Below are positions 45,091 through 58,600 of a stretch of DNA of 64,000 bases, in pieces. Position 1 is the stretch's first letter, and each line of letters opens with the position of its first letter. The notes under the pieces are model-generated. The model did no database searches and was not told the DNA's origin. It saw only the letters and a list, made by a program, of their open reading frames with translations. Origin of the DNA: Iphione sp. A-MEVVRFRX5. Its lineage: Eukaryota. The DNA lies in the NCBI GenBank assembly GCA_976226885.1, contig OZ320317.1, positions 38,688,001-38,752,000 on the forward strand, given 5' to 3'. The position numbers and the translations under genes are program-made.

Positions 45091-46559
45091 ACTTAGCAAC
45101 TCCCGTAGAAACTCCAAACATCACAGTAGAAGAATGACTGTTATTTGGGTCTAATCATACACTCTGGTCTCTTCCAGTGGTTGAGATCGTGGACAAAATG
45201 ACGTAGAAAAGATTTGTAAGTCTCTTGTGGAGTGGCTAGATAGACAATGTGGAAACATAATATGTTAATAGAGAATTGTATGTCATTCCATTAGCAACCT
45301 GTTAAAATTTACAATAAGGGGTACTTCGAGGTCTCGATTCTCTATATACAGACAGAATCAAATAATTCATACAGGTAAATGTAGTTGGGATTGCCTGTAT
45401 TTTCTGTGTATACCGTAGTAGATAAAGTAATGCTGAATTGTAACGTTATGATGTGATTTACGGCCTGACAAAGATTGCTGCAAACCTTGTGTGTGTTCTA
45501 CCTCCGACTGCGCAATCAACCACAAGTGACTGGTGTTAGTCTTCCCAGCCACAAAGCGCATAAATACTCGACAAATGTCAACAGTGTCGGCGACTTGTTC
45601 AAGGTCCCAAAATCTCCCAGACGGCAGTTATTTCAGTTCGATGAAATGGAATCGTGCGTAGACTTCGATTTGTTATTAAAATAATTTTTCTACTGGTTAC
45701 AGTGACAACTTTCCTTGTCTCCTGTGGCCAAGGAATGGAGGGTGTTTCTATGATTTCTCTTCGGTTTGATAAAACCAAGGTTGTTCGAAATGAACTGTTT
45801 TGACGTTCAATTGAAGATGTGGGCATTCTTGGAGATGATGTGGACAGAGAAAACAACTGCGACCGGTTTCACTTCACGAAAGGTCTGAAATTAAACTTGT
45901 TACTTTGTTGCATATTTCTTAGTATTTATATCCATAAAATTTCACAAATTTACACGGATGTGTCTGCGATTTAGTATCGTCGATGCTGGTTTGTAGTTAC
46001 GACGTGATCTAAATAAAGAACTACAGAAATAATTTCAATTTCCTAGGGTGGAAATTAAGCAGAGTTTATGTGACAAATCTCTCTATCAACAGATTATCAT
46101 TAATACACGAATGCATCAATATTCATATATTGTATATTTAATAGTATTCCGTGTTTCCTATCCCTCAGGAATGCAAGTGACTGAAACCATCTAATCAGAA
46201 TTTGAATGGGCAAGGCAAAGCCACCCAAAATATAGGTAGTCAATTTAGAATCTAATGGAATATCTTTACAAATACTGCAAAATACACAATTTCATTTCCT
46301 ATGTCAGAGCAGTAATTAAGTATTGTATATTTTGTATTGGGCTTCAAACGAATTACTTAATCCTCATTCTGGCCCAAAAAAGCACAAGCTCTTGACTAAA
46401 ATGCTTAGTTAGAGTCCCTTATCATAAAAACCATACTTCTGTCGTATAATTTTTTTTATACTTATAGACTTCTTGAATACAAGGAAAGAACGAGTAAACT
46501 TTGGTTATTCTTCATAATTTCCTCGGAATAAAGGAAAGCTGTGTCAGATTAAGTTCCAT

Positions 46560-47135
46560 ACATGTATTTTGTTAAATGATCTGGATAGTCAGCTAGCTTG
46601 CTAACATATTTCTAGAATATCTGAAATATGTAGGTTTTGAGAGGACACCAAGATATTAAATACGTGAGACCGGTTAGATTGTTCTGATCTCAATTTTGAT
46701 GACTATGTCTTTTACTGGTATGTTGTTTTCTCTATTGGAGAAAACAGTCAAATTTATCTTTTTCATTAGTGAGGATCTTATTCCTTTTGTACCCATCGTA
46801 CAGATTATTAGCTTGTGCCTACAATATACTTCCTACAGATATGCCAAAACCATCAACATTTATGACAGTGCTATCAGCACATAGCATGACACTGGCATCA
46901 TTGACTGTAGTAGGTATTTCATTAATGAGAATTCTGAATGACGGAGTACTGAGGGTTGACCCCTAAGGCAGTCCCCATCTATATCTCAGGTATCAGACAT
47001 ATTTCCAGCCGCCTTCCTTGATTGAGCTCTATCTGAAAGAAAGCTTTCGAACCAGTTTTTAAGGCATTCCCAATGCTGAATACCTTACGGCAATCCCAGG
47101 CTAGGGCAGATAATGCCTTCAGATTTTATCCTAAA
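46560..47135 (-). pseudogene. Decayed CR1/L2-type non-LTR retrotransposon reverse transcriptase fragment
   Basis: Minus-strand motifs in the correct order: LKA.., WFESFLSDRAQ, GLP*GSTL...ILINEIP...VMLCADSTVI (GVPQGS and YADD equivalents), NKIL.N..K and YLGV. They are interrupted by stops and frameshifts. Confidence 0.75.
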
Positions 47136-50100
47136 TAACAGTTTAACTTTCGTGCCAGTTTTCTTGAATTTAAATAGAAAATATGTTAGTACATGTACTT
47201 GGCAACTGTGTTGCATTTTTGTCGCATGCCAGTTTTCTGTAAAATATACAGTTTACTACATGTAGTTAAATTAGTATAATCTGTTCTGTTTATCATAGAC
47301 ATTCCTGTTTTAAAAACATACTATAGGCATTACTTTAATCTGTCTTGTTGACTATAAATAAGGGGCAGTGTTTCTTTGTTAGCTTCTGACAATAGTTCAC
47401 ACCGAGATATTCTGTAGGTATACAGATGGCCCTCTTCGCAAGAACGTTTTAGACTAGGTCTTCAGGAAGGTATTGAGAGGGCATGGTGTGAAACCAGGTG
47501 AAATCTTTCTAGCCTTTATGATGTGTCTCAAAATTCTCAGACTCAGACTTTTGTTTTTGTAGTCAAGGTCAGGCATACTTTACCTAGTACTTTATTAAAT
47601 GTTTTGGACCCTTTTTTGTTCATAAAAATTACCTGTAGTGGAAGGTGAATAATACTGGCTAAATCAGTCCTAGCCTATATTTAGAAGATCAAGTTATCAC
47701 TTGGCCCATTGGAAGTAGATATGCACTGTATAGACTCGTATAGACATCAGTGTTTGTACTTCAAGTGCCGGAGCTCTTAACATTTGTGACCAAGGGCACT
47801 AGTGTTGCATTATTTTTTAAGGAAAGATGCCGATGTGATGTTACGTGCTCTGCCGCTGCTGGTACACTGGTAAAGCATGTATATGGAATCATTAGCGTTA
47901 ACATTAATAAACACTAGAATATAATTTGGAGTCAACCTAGTGATATCAATTGTGAATGCCTTGCCATATACCCAGCGGTGTGTATTGGTTTTGTGAAAAG
48001 TCACTGGCAGGCTTTCTCCGGATGTTTTCTTATTGTATTGCTTATGTTAAGTCAGCACTTCTTGCCTCCCGAATGTGACCACCGTGTAAAGGTCATTGCC
48101 AAGTCATCAGCAGTCTGTTCCGTTTCAGGATACCCCTTTCTGCATAATACCAAAAATATAGGTAGACGAACTACTTCACTTGTCTATTGTTGCCGACATG
48201 GCTCGCAATAGGGACCGGAAGCTTAGACTGAACTCTGCTTATACACGAGTATAATCAGGTGTGAAGCGGCGATGGGCGAAAATCAGTGGCGTTACACCAA
48301 TTTTAAAATGGAAATTGTAAATACAAGTATGGTGGTATCGATTTGGTTTATAGAAAAAAAATCAATAAAATGGAGTATTAGCATCAAATAATGTTACGTT
48401 TCGATGAGTGATGAAGAAGACAACAATCGGACTTGAATTATTTTTTATGATCTTTCATCGTTCTTTATAATTAAGTGTTTTTTCTCAGTACAAGTGTGAG
48501 GTTGTGGTACCCATAAGAGCACATATATGCATACATATGTATATATATGTTATCTGGACGCACTGAATGCCAGCTGATAGCAGTGACATTGAGGTGACAC
48601 GGGGAATGACGCAGACAGGGGGCTGGTGTTTCGATCGATCGGTCCCTGGATGAGGTGAGCCAGTCATGACGTCAGAGTGCTCCTCCAGGGTTGCAAATGG
48701 CTACAGACTCGAGGCCACTGGAGGCACGTCCATCGTTTTGTCAGAGACATTCCGGCCTACGACGAGAATGACTGGATGGACTTCACTATAGACAGGAGAG
48801 GGACTAAGCCCTTTACAATGTACTCACCGACACACTGAAAATAGGATCACGTACAAGATGAGGCAAAGGTTACTAAGGCATTGGTAAAAGTGTAGAGGCC
48901 AATTGCATCTGCCAATAATTCATGGGCCCCTTAGATAGCGTAACCGAGTTGCTGTTTTAGGCCTTTTGGCCAGGGTATAAATTCAAAGATTACAACATGA
49001 TCAGAATTCTTGGTAATCTTAAAGTGTCCCTCTGCTATGGATGTGGGAAACCCTCCAGCGGCTTGTGTTTTTCCTGCAAAGACATTATATTTAACATCAT
49101 TTAGATATTTTATATGAATGGTCGCTGATAACCTCTCGTGTCTCAGGAAAGATGGCTTTGGGTACACGCGCAGGGCATTCAACTCAGAGCTGTTCTCTGT
49201 GAGTGTCCGTAATGATATATGTGAAGTATTCCCAGTCCTGACGTCTTGGCAAGGTCAATTATATATCACCCGTACCTACGACAGACAGGGTTGAGGGTAG
49301 AACGTCGCTGTACCCAATTTATGTTGGCACCAATTGCCTATCCAAGATGATGGGGGTATCTCTTGCCATGTTCCCATATCATATTCATGTCAACCTTCTC
49401 CATTGACCGGTCTAAATATTAAGAGCATTTTTAGCGTCATCTGATAGGTCTCTCTCTACACTCTCACTCTGCTAGGCATCACCATCTGCTGAGAGGAATA
49501 TCCCTCCTGATTTACACTGTGATAAATCCATGGTGGATAGCTGAAAAAGCGCCATGAAGACGCTAATGGGATTGAACGTAAGCAATCAACTGATGATAGC
49601 TCTGGGTAGATACCTTCTCTGAATGTTTAATTCAATTTCGCACGTCTCAATATTGAAAGCTATGAAACATTTCAAATCAATTTATGACGCTAGATTCACG
49701 GGCACATGCATGTAATGGAGCTGCGTTTATTCAGGCTGTGTTTATTGTAGCCATGTTGCGGGGATCCAGACACGGACTTACTACGTTAGTCGATATTGGT
49801 GTACAAAACTAGGGATTAAAGAAATCCTTCAAGTCGGACTTAAGCTCAATCCGAGAGAATGTGGAAAGAAAGGCCATGTCGAGTTACATCTGTTAATGCA
49901 TGTACTGTGAAATACAGTACTCGGGTATTGCAACATACTTGCCACATACACAATAAAATATATGACGAATACTTCGAGAGAATCGCAGGAAAGAAAATTT
50001 ATTGGAGAAATAAAGACTGACATTATTGTGGACGTGTATTGCACTTGGTTGCTGCTTATTGATAATTTACAGTATGATTTCATTGTTACATTCACTAAGA

Positions 50101-53100
50101 TGTGAAGTAGAGACAGACAAACTATTCGAACGTTGCAACTTCTTTACTTGGGCGGTTAAGTGGACAAATAAAGCTCCAAATCATGGAGAAACCCAAATCT
50201 CGACGTTGGGAACAGCTGTGCAGGTTTGCTGTTAGTTTTTTCCATCCGTAGGACACGCCTAGTAGCAGGCATCAGAATTAAGTTACTTAGACTATCCTCG
50301 CACCACCTAGCACTCCGGAAATAGATGGCCCAAAGGAAAGGGACTGGAGCAGAAAAAGGGGGGAGGGAGTAAAACACAAAGGGCAGATGAATACAGGTAC
50401 TGCGCCCTACTGGTGCCAGAGTAAATTATTCTGTGTGACTCGACCTTCGTCACACGAATTGCCATTAACGGCGTTGTCGAGGAGTCACGGCATGTTGGCT
50501 TCAAACCATTGACCTCTGTGGACAAGGCCTTTAAATCCCTTGGCACCCAGCAGTTGTCATACAAAGCTCCGCCAGCCATGCATGGACCCTACACTTTCCT
50601 CTTTTGAAGCAGGATTTTCACGCCTCTATCTGCCAAGCAACCTCAGCATTCGACGACCGAGCCCGGCGAGCCCGTCTGCCTAGCAGGGAGTTGTCAACCA
50701 GTTGCCTGGGCTGAATATATGAAGGTGCCCACCAGTGGGTTCCACGCCAAAGGGCAAGGTTTTTCCCCCGTTTCCTCTAAACTCCCAGTGGTGCCTGCGC
50801 ATTAAGGCATTCTAGAGTAAACAATCACAGACACCGCTGCCCACCAGCGCCCGCTGCTAGGGCGGCAGCAACGGCAACCAACAAGATCGGTGCTACTATC
50901 AGGCAATCTTGCACGGCTCTTTTCACTACAGCCACCTACGTACGACACGCAATGGGCCCAGACAGACCTGGTCTGCCAGTAGGTACAGCACCTTTGCAGA
51001 GAAGACAGCAGATGGAGCTGATAGTACGACGGACAGTCGTCTCAGGGTCAAGGGGCGGACTACGCGGTTATTGGCTGCGGCTTTTGTGGCGAGAAGCACA
51101 TTCTTCCCCTTTTATCGTCCAAATGTGGAGGCGGTGGGCAGTGGATCATTGTCTCCAGCGGCGTGACGTCTACAGCAGCAGAGAGAAAAAAGGGGACAGC
51201 CATGGACAGGAAAACATTCCAATCCCCGGGAACCGTCACTTCTTTCTCTCGAAATAATAGATGAAAAAAATGACACGTTCCTCCTGGATTTGCATCTTAA
51301 AACAAACTTAATTAACACCTCTTGTTAGGAAATTACGCTATCGCAAATGAAACATTAACAAAGTATGATGCTGCCAGATTGTTGTTTTCTCTTCATTTAC
51401 CCTCATATTCCCTTTTCTGTGATTTCTCGTAACTAGACAATTCAGCTCATTTTGCAAATTAGAAATTTTACTCGGTACATAAAACCAAACGCTATTTTTT
51501 CGTCGACACTCAATTTTATTTTTAGGATCCGGAGAAGCAAATGTGTAATGCTTAGAAGCCTATATTTGGGTATTTGGAAGTTAAACCAGATATAATGAAT
51601 TTTATTAGGACATGAATAACAGGGGGTATACCTTATAACTGCCTAACCATCACTTTAGAAAACATTTTAATTAATAATTATGTGTATGTATTATAAGATC
51701 AACACGTACATGATATTGCATATCGGGCGAGGTTACAGCCCATGGTGGCTACGAAAGTGTTGCAAACGTGTTATATTAGGTTCTGGGGCACAGCCCAATT
51801 TATCCTGGCCTGAAAAAAGAAATTAATAGAGGTTAAGTTAATCTATCTACCTTTAAGTGTACACTCTTTGCTTGTTCCCTGTAAGCTGTGATGCCTGATT
51901 CCAATGACTTCTTAAAATGTCGCTTTAAAAATTCATTCGGAATGTACGTTCATTGGATAAAATATTATGGATATATACACCTCATCATAGAATTACTATC
52001 CTCTTATATTACTTCTCTATATTATATGGGCGATAATGGATAGGAAGTAAGAATTAGTCGGCGTGAATTTTTCCGAGGAAGCCGTTGTGCTTACAGAGTC
52101 ATTTTAGTGCATTATATTCATAAAGGTGTGTTGTGGAGGTGAAACAAATATGGACTGGCCAATACAAGATGCCATCTACGAGTGGTATTCTGGTGAATGC
52201 GATGCTTTTTGTTTGTGGAGTTTAGTTATAACCATTTGCTTCACTGTGCTGCCCTCCACAGAGCTCTCAGTAAAGTGGGGCCCGAAGTGACGTCCTGCAG
52301 TGGTACATTATGTCTTTTAATCTACAGCTTTAATTGACCTCCATTACCTACATGAATGATGACTCTTTTGAGAGCTGAAAATGTCTCGCGCCGGCCTTAT
52401 CGAGTCATACAACCATATGGGCCTGTCGTCTTTGTTGTTCTGTGCTGTGTGGTTCGCCTTAAATGAATGGCAAAATGAATGGTTCCTGGTACAAAAGTGC
52501 AAGAAAACGTGTAAAAACGGACCAGCTCGCCACGAATAATGTAGACGTAGAGGGCCGTACTCTTTCTAACGCATTTGGGCGTCGGTGCTAAACCTATTCT
52601 TGATTTAAAAAGGCCGAAGTCCATGTCGATAAGGAAGATCATAAAATGGTCTCTTAATGACGTATTTTTCTAGTCCATTTTTCATTGCATCAACCTTCAT
52701 TTTTCGGACCAACGATCGTACAATTCGCTTTCTCTTCTTCATAGATACTTTCGACCTTGGATGATGTAGGTTAATGTATCCTGGATATTTAACGGAGCAT
52801 TTTATCCCAATTGAGAATCTTTGCGGAAGGAGTAAATTTACCCCTTTTTGAACTGATTAGGCAGTATATTCTTCCGGTTGACAGCCTTTGAGACAAACCT
52901 GTACATTGTGATAAATGGAAAAGTTTTCATCCACAGAAACTCATGAATATTCATTACTGGAAAACAATAACTGTAAGCATTAATGCAGTTTATTCTCATT
53001 AGTTTCAAAAATCACCTTACGAGGAGGCTTCAATTTAATCAAGAAAATATATACTAAATGCTTATCGACATGATGTAAAATGGCGGTAGGTATATGTTTT

Positions 53101-55474
53101 CTCGTAGTAAAACGGACTTCACATTCTTTTGCAAGAAGCAATTTTAGCATGACACGTCGGATTGCATTAACGTTCCTGCAGCACAAAACATGCTAGAGGA
53201 AAGCCTACCTCTACATGTACAGGCTTTGATGCTCTGCCTGTTTAGATTCTCAACTGCAACGAATACCACAGAATAAATCAGTAGTTCTAGAAACCTAGAG
53301 ACTTTGCCCCACCACATCACCTTTACATGCATTTCTCAGCCTTTATATTGTTTGTTGATCAATCAAAGGGCGTCATTTGCAGCCTCCGTTTGTGATCACG
53401 ATCGATTTTCATATATAAATCTGCCTGCTGCTGTCTCGCGTGAAACACAAACGTTCCGTTTGATAAATGAGTTTCTCCATCACTGGAATTCCACTGTCAA
53501 TGTCAACTTCACTGATATGATAAGCTCTATCAGTGGCTGACAGCTTATCGATATTTGCGGGACAGTAGAATTCTGGGCGTGTTGCTGAGGCCGCGATCCT
53601 ATCAGTTGGCTATGGCTGATAAGGCCTCCCACCACTCGGCCGTCCGTCTCGGGGTTAAACCTCCGCTCTGCCGACGGGTATGTGCCGTTGACCTTGTCCG
53701 ACTCTGACGAGGCAATCGGTCAGCAACACCTCAAGGTCAGCGAAGGGTAAAATGACACATTTTTACGGCTTAGCCAATTCTCTAAACTAGTTTGCCAGGT
53801 ATTTGCTATCTTTTGTGATTATTAGACGCGAGTAGGATTACATTGTGCACGTACATGATATTATTTTGTAAGAAGTATACAGACATGTATATAAAAGTGT
53901 GTTACTCTACATGTTGCCATTAAGAAGGGGATAAGTCCCATTTCGCCATATGTTCAGAGCCATGCGTTCGTGTTTGGAATCGGATCTAAGCTAATGTACA
54001 GGGGCGATACAAGGGTTCATGCTAGTTCCATTACTATTCATGGTGAACATGCTGGTAACTTTTGAGGGCACTCTACAGTTGTGAAAACGTGCTACACACT
54101 CTATAAATAACATGGAGATTTAGTTGAAGGCAGCTTTCAGGTGTGCACAATTTTGGTGAGCATTTTGTGTCCTCGGAGGAGCACCTATGCATGTACACAA
54201 ACATGTAGTGTTCAGAAATTGTTTTGCCATAAATAAAGATACCATGTGCACAAACACCTCTAGAATAATTAATAGGACGTGGCTATGCTCTGTACCCTCT
54301 TGAGTGCGACCGAGTTGTGGCCTGCCAGCTGGGTCTGTTGACCCTTATAAGCTCCTTGTTGCTATGGGCACCATATTCAGGTGTCACTATGCAGTTTTGG
54401 TTTGGAGGAAATAAATATTCTGACCACTATAACACGGTTTCGACGGTTGTCTCTTCAGGCACATGATTTTTTAAAAAGGGTGGAGGGAAAGTTTCCAGTG
54501 TGAAATATGGGGAGTAAACTACTAGTTTGTTTTATGAAAAAAATGCAATCTCTCTATCTACCTATCATTGTAGGATTTATAGGAGAATGGGTTTTTTCAC
54601 CTCTAGAATAGGATCAAAATAGTGAACTTTGTGAATTTGCACAAGCATACCTTAGAAACACTGCAGATTCCGCTTATATTTTGATATGCATGTATCTGAA
54701 ACTTTTTGCTAATCTATGAACTGTATACACAAAGCAGGAGGCGCAATACACACGTGTAGGAGAATACATTTGATTGCGCCTAATATTGGCTTAACATGTA
54801 TTAATTCAACGCACATTTACCAAACATGCAGGGCTGCACTCATTTGCAAACCACTGTCGATTTCGGAGCAATTCTTTGTCAAAGTTCGGTATATCTTGCT
54901 GATTTTTACAGAGCAGTACAGAGGAACCTCGTCTTCTGTAACCCTGGAATTCGTATTGTCGCATTAATTGTAACAATTTTAAATTACCAATTGTTTTTCA
55001 ATATAAATTGTACTAGTTAACTGGACATGCATTCCATATTTGTACAATATTTAGGTTAATTTTACAGTATTGAACATAGGAAATACACTCAGTTTAGTGG
55101 AGGCATGTTTTCAGAGGTGGCCTATTGTGTCTGCACAACAAGGACAACCCAACGGCTATGGATAGGGGTTTGTTTGAAGTGCATAGCGTCAGTTGCTTGG
55201 ACAACACAGGACATCCGTTGACGTGCAGAGTAACTCGAAAACAAAGGGATACTGCCTGGGACATCTTAAGCCTTATCACAGATAGGTGTGAGGAGGCATT
55301 ATGAGAACAAAGAATTCACTCCAGCCAGCCCTGAGGTCCCCCCGGGGTCTTGTCTGCACTTGTCATGTGTTTCTATTGTTGTCAGTAATAAAGACCCTTA
55401 TTCCTAACTAAAATTGAATGTGTCATTATTTTCCAGACTTTCATAAAAATCCTTGTAGATGTTATATTTCATCC

Positions 55475-55626
55475 ATACTTTACTATTATGACAGTTTTTC
55501 CCACCAGGAGACACATGGGAAGCCTTTAAAATCAATAGAGATCGATAACCAATAATATAATTCAGGATCGATAAGGTTCCAATACTTTACCATTATGACA
55601 GTCTTCCCCACCAGAAGACGCATGGG
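55475..55626. repeat. Imperfect ~45-bp direct repeat (two copies)
   Basis: atactttactattatgacagtttttcccaccaggagacacatggg versus atactttaccattatgacagtcttccccaccagaagacgcatggg. Confidence 0.8.
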
Positions 55627-58600
55627 TTGCTGTTTCGTACTCCATATTACTCACCATCCGTACAAAATATCAGATTCAGGAAGTAGTCCGAAAGACGAGG
55701 TTCCTCTGTATATAGAAGTTATGTAACCTACGTGTATTCCTTCACTGATCTAAAAGCCCGCATAACTCTGCACATTGACACCATATCCCAAACGCGGAAT
55801 GTTCTTTTTGGCCTTGGGACATGTGAACTGTTTGTCATTTTGGTGTTTTGCTTCGACTGCCACAAAACGCACTGTTTACTCTGAAACAACACCAGCATAA
55901 GAGTTAAACTAAAGGTACCATATTTTAATCAATTCAGTATATTGAAATAACAACTCGTCTACTTCATTATCCCTAGATTTGTGAGACAATTCTGGTCGAT
56001 ACTAACCAAAAAGGAATTGACTAACATGGTTGAAGACAGACATGACGGGGAAGACTACAATAGGAATGGAATATGTTTAGCAAATGCATGTGGGAATTTG
56101 ACCATGTCAGATATCCCCGTTTGTTCAGCCAAAGATGGACTGACCTCGAACAGGTCTCTTTCTGTAAACAGATCTTTGTATCCTCGCTGTTCCTAAACGG
56201 TTCCTTCTTTCAAGAAATCCAACAACCATCTTTGCTAGACATATATGAAATGCAATATTAAGACCATCTTATAAACTAAAATTGATAGATGACATGTATC
56301 AAAAGTGAAGTCGTATTATATAGTTTTATTAAAGAAAGCTTATATGATGAATCTCCATTAGTTATAAGTATTTTTAAGGTCCCTATTTGTCTCTATCCTG
56401 TTTATATCGTACGTACATGTATACGGCAATAGACCGTAATATGTTGGCCTTTTAGAGGGTATCTTCCTTTTTGATTTTGTGGTCCTAGATACTGTCATTA
56501 TCTACTCATGAGTAATCTCTATGCTAGACCTGTACCGTCTACCCGTCGATCATCAATCATTTAGCCAATTCAACCTGGCAGGAACTATGAAAGCCTAAGA
56601 GGGATTTCCATTAGGGTAATACAGGCAGGAAAAGCCGCTCAATGGCAAATAACAGAACAATAGCCCACCCGACGTCCCCATACAGCCACACTTAATCTAC
56701 AATATTACGTTATACGTATACAGCTTCCCATCGGTAACAGCCGTTGAGAGTGACACTGAAGCTTAGCTGCTTGCCTTGGATGAAGTAAAAGCCAAGTCAA
56801 TGACGCGAAATATCAAAAGGCAGTTATCGGTCTAACCATAATGAGACGGCCACAATGGGAGTGATAATATATATGTGATGCATCATCGTATTCATTGGAG
56901 ACTGGTGTAGTTCACTTTCGCCCAACAGCTCTGCGGTTACCCTTGAACCTCACGAGTGTCTTCGCAGAACTGCTATGGAAGGTGGTTTCCTCTGGATATT
57001 GTTATTCTTTTTAAATCAATCAGGGCTAATCATGTTAGCAGTATAATCTTTGTCGCATATAAAGGTTGGGGGGGCTCCTTCTTTGACGTCAGCAAGCACG
57101 CCTCGGGCGATGCGATGGTAACAACAAGTAGGGCGATTTCGCTATCCAAAAGGACAGACCCTGAAGCCGGACTGGCGCGAGTGGCAGGCCCGGCTGGTGG
57201 CTTCGCAGCTGGATGATCTCTCCTGATGTGATGAGCGGAAATAATAAAGGGTTTTTGGTATTCTTCTTAGGTCGGGAGCAGTTCCTTTAGCAGGAGCACG
57301 GGTTCTCCAATCCCAACTTCTATCTCCGTTAAGGACCCATTCAGTGCTGCTGTATTTTGTAGTTGCAACTTCAGGCCAGGACCAGAGTGGTCCTCAATGT
57401 GTCAGACGAATGGGTTATGTAGATCTTTGTCCTTCATGTACAACCGGAGTCAGACACTCGATTTATAACTCATTGTGGGTGACTGGAAAGGGTGGCGTAA
57501 CTCCTTATTATAGCACTGCATCGTCAGCAGTAGCAAGCAGTGCACTTCCACAGAAATACACCGATGTCCAGTGAAGAAAGCTAATTTCCGGTCGACAACG
57601 TGCCGACATCCTTACAAAGTAGAGCGAATCTCTCTACCTCCATACATGGTTGGTGATGTGAGAATTTCTTTTATTACCCAAGAGGCTGATAACTTCGGGG
57701 GTCAATATCTAAAGCAGGAACATTAAGAGGTCACCAATATGTCTTTCTAACGAGATATCTAGTCAATATGCAGTATTAAGTAGGATACATAACTGTGTTT
57801 GCTAGATCAGCAAGTGCTATATGCCTGCCCTTTACTTGAATTACGAAATATCTATTTAGCGCCAAAGAAACGCTGTTTTCTTCATTTCATTTAGAAACTC
57901 TGTACGTAGCAAAGCGCCTTGTCCATGTTTCTCTTAAGGCATTGTACCAGTCCTTTTTTACGTTCTGTGAATCAAAAACTATATTCGTAGGTTTTCAACC
58001 GTTCTAACTGTCCGTTTCGTCAGCTTGTTTATTAACGCTCGCCACTGGCCTCTGTTTTCCTGTCCGTCCAATATGGCAGATCATGGATGTACCTGCATCA
58101 GTTTCAACCAGCTAGTTTCTTTATAGTCAATTATCATTACAGGACTTGATCCGAGTACTTCATGTATTCAACATTTTAATTTGAATATCCCTGCTCAGGT
58201 GAGAAATGCCGCACGAATCCCAACCTTTCCATGTGAACAAGAGAATAAAGATTGCATGTACGTTTGTTCCCTGAATGACTGCTTGTCCTTCAGTGCCTAA
58301 TGGAGTCTGCACAAAGCAAAAATATTCCAATTGAGCATCTTCGCATATGTTTGTAGTATTGAAACTCTCTTGTTTCATCTGAAGCCTTTGATGTTGTCCC
58401 TTACAGTAAAGAACTGATCTGCGTTATGGATGATTCAAGTCACGCTCACATGGTCCAAACCTTGACAAAGGTAATGCATATAGATGTACCTTTATGCATC
58501 ATTGTATCACACAAATCTTCATCGGCATCTTAAATTCAAAATTGCTCCTCTTAGCGCTCTCCTCGGAAACGGAATATATCAGTATTACACCTAAATGTCT

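Noticed and set aside
50300-50900. DIRS/Gypsy RT relic (LPFG on the minus strand)
   Set aside because: A single 4-aa motif with no downstream YxDD.
53579-53729. Structured ncRNA (10-bp inverted repeat GTGTTGCTGA/TCAGCAACAC plus a small hairpin)
   Set aside because: The pairing is too short and no tRNA, snRNA or SRP signature is evident.
57120-57220. Possible terminal host exon (GQTLKPDWREWQARLVASQLDDLS*)
   Set aside because: No clean acceptor, no upstream exons and no recognisable family.
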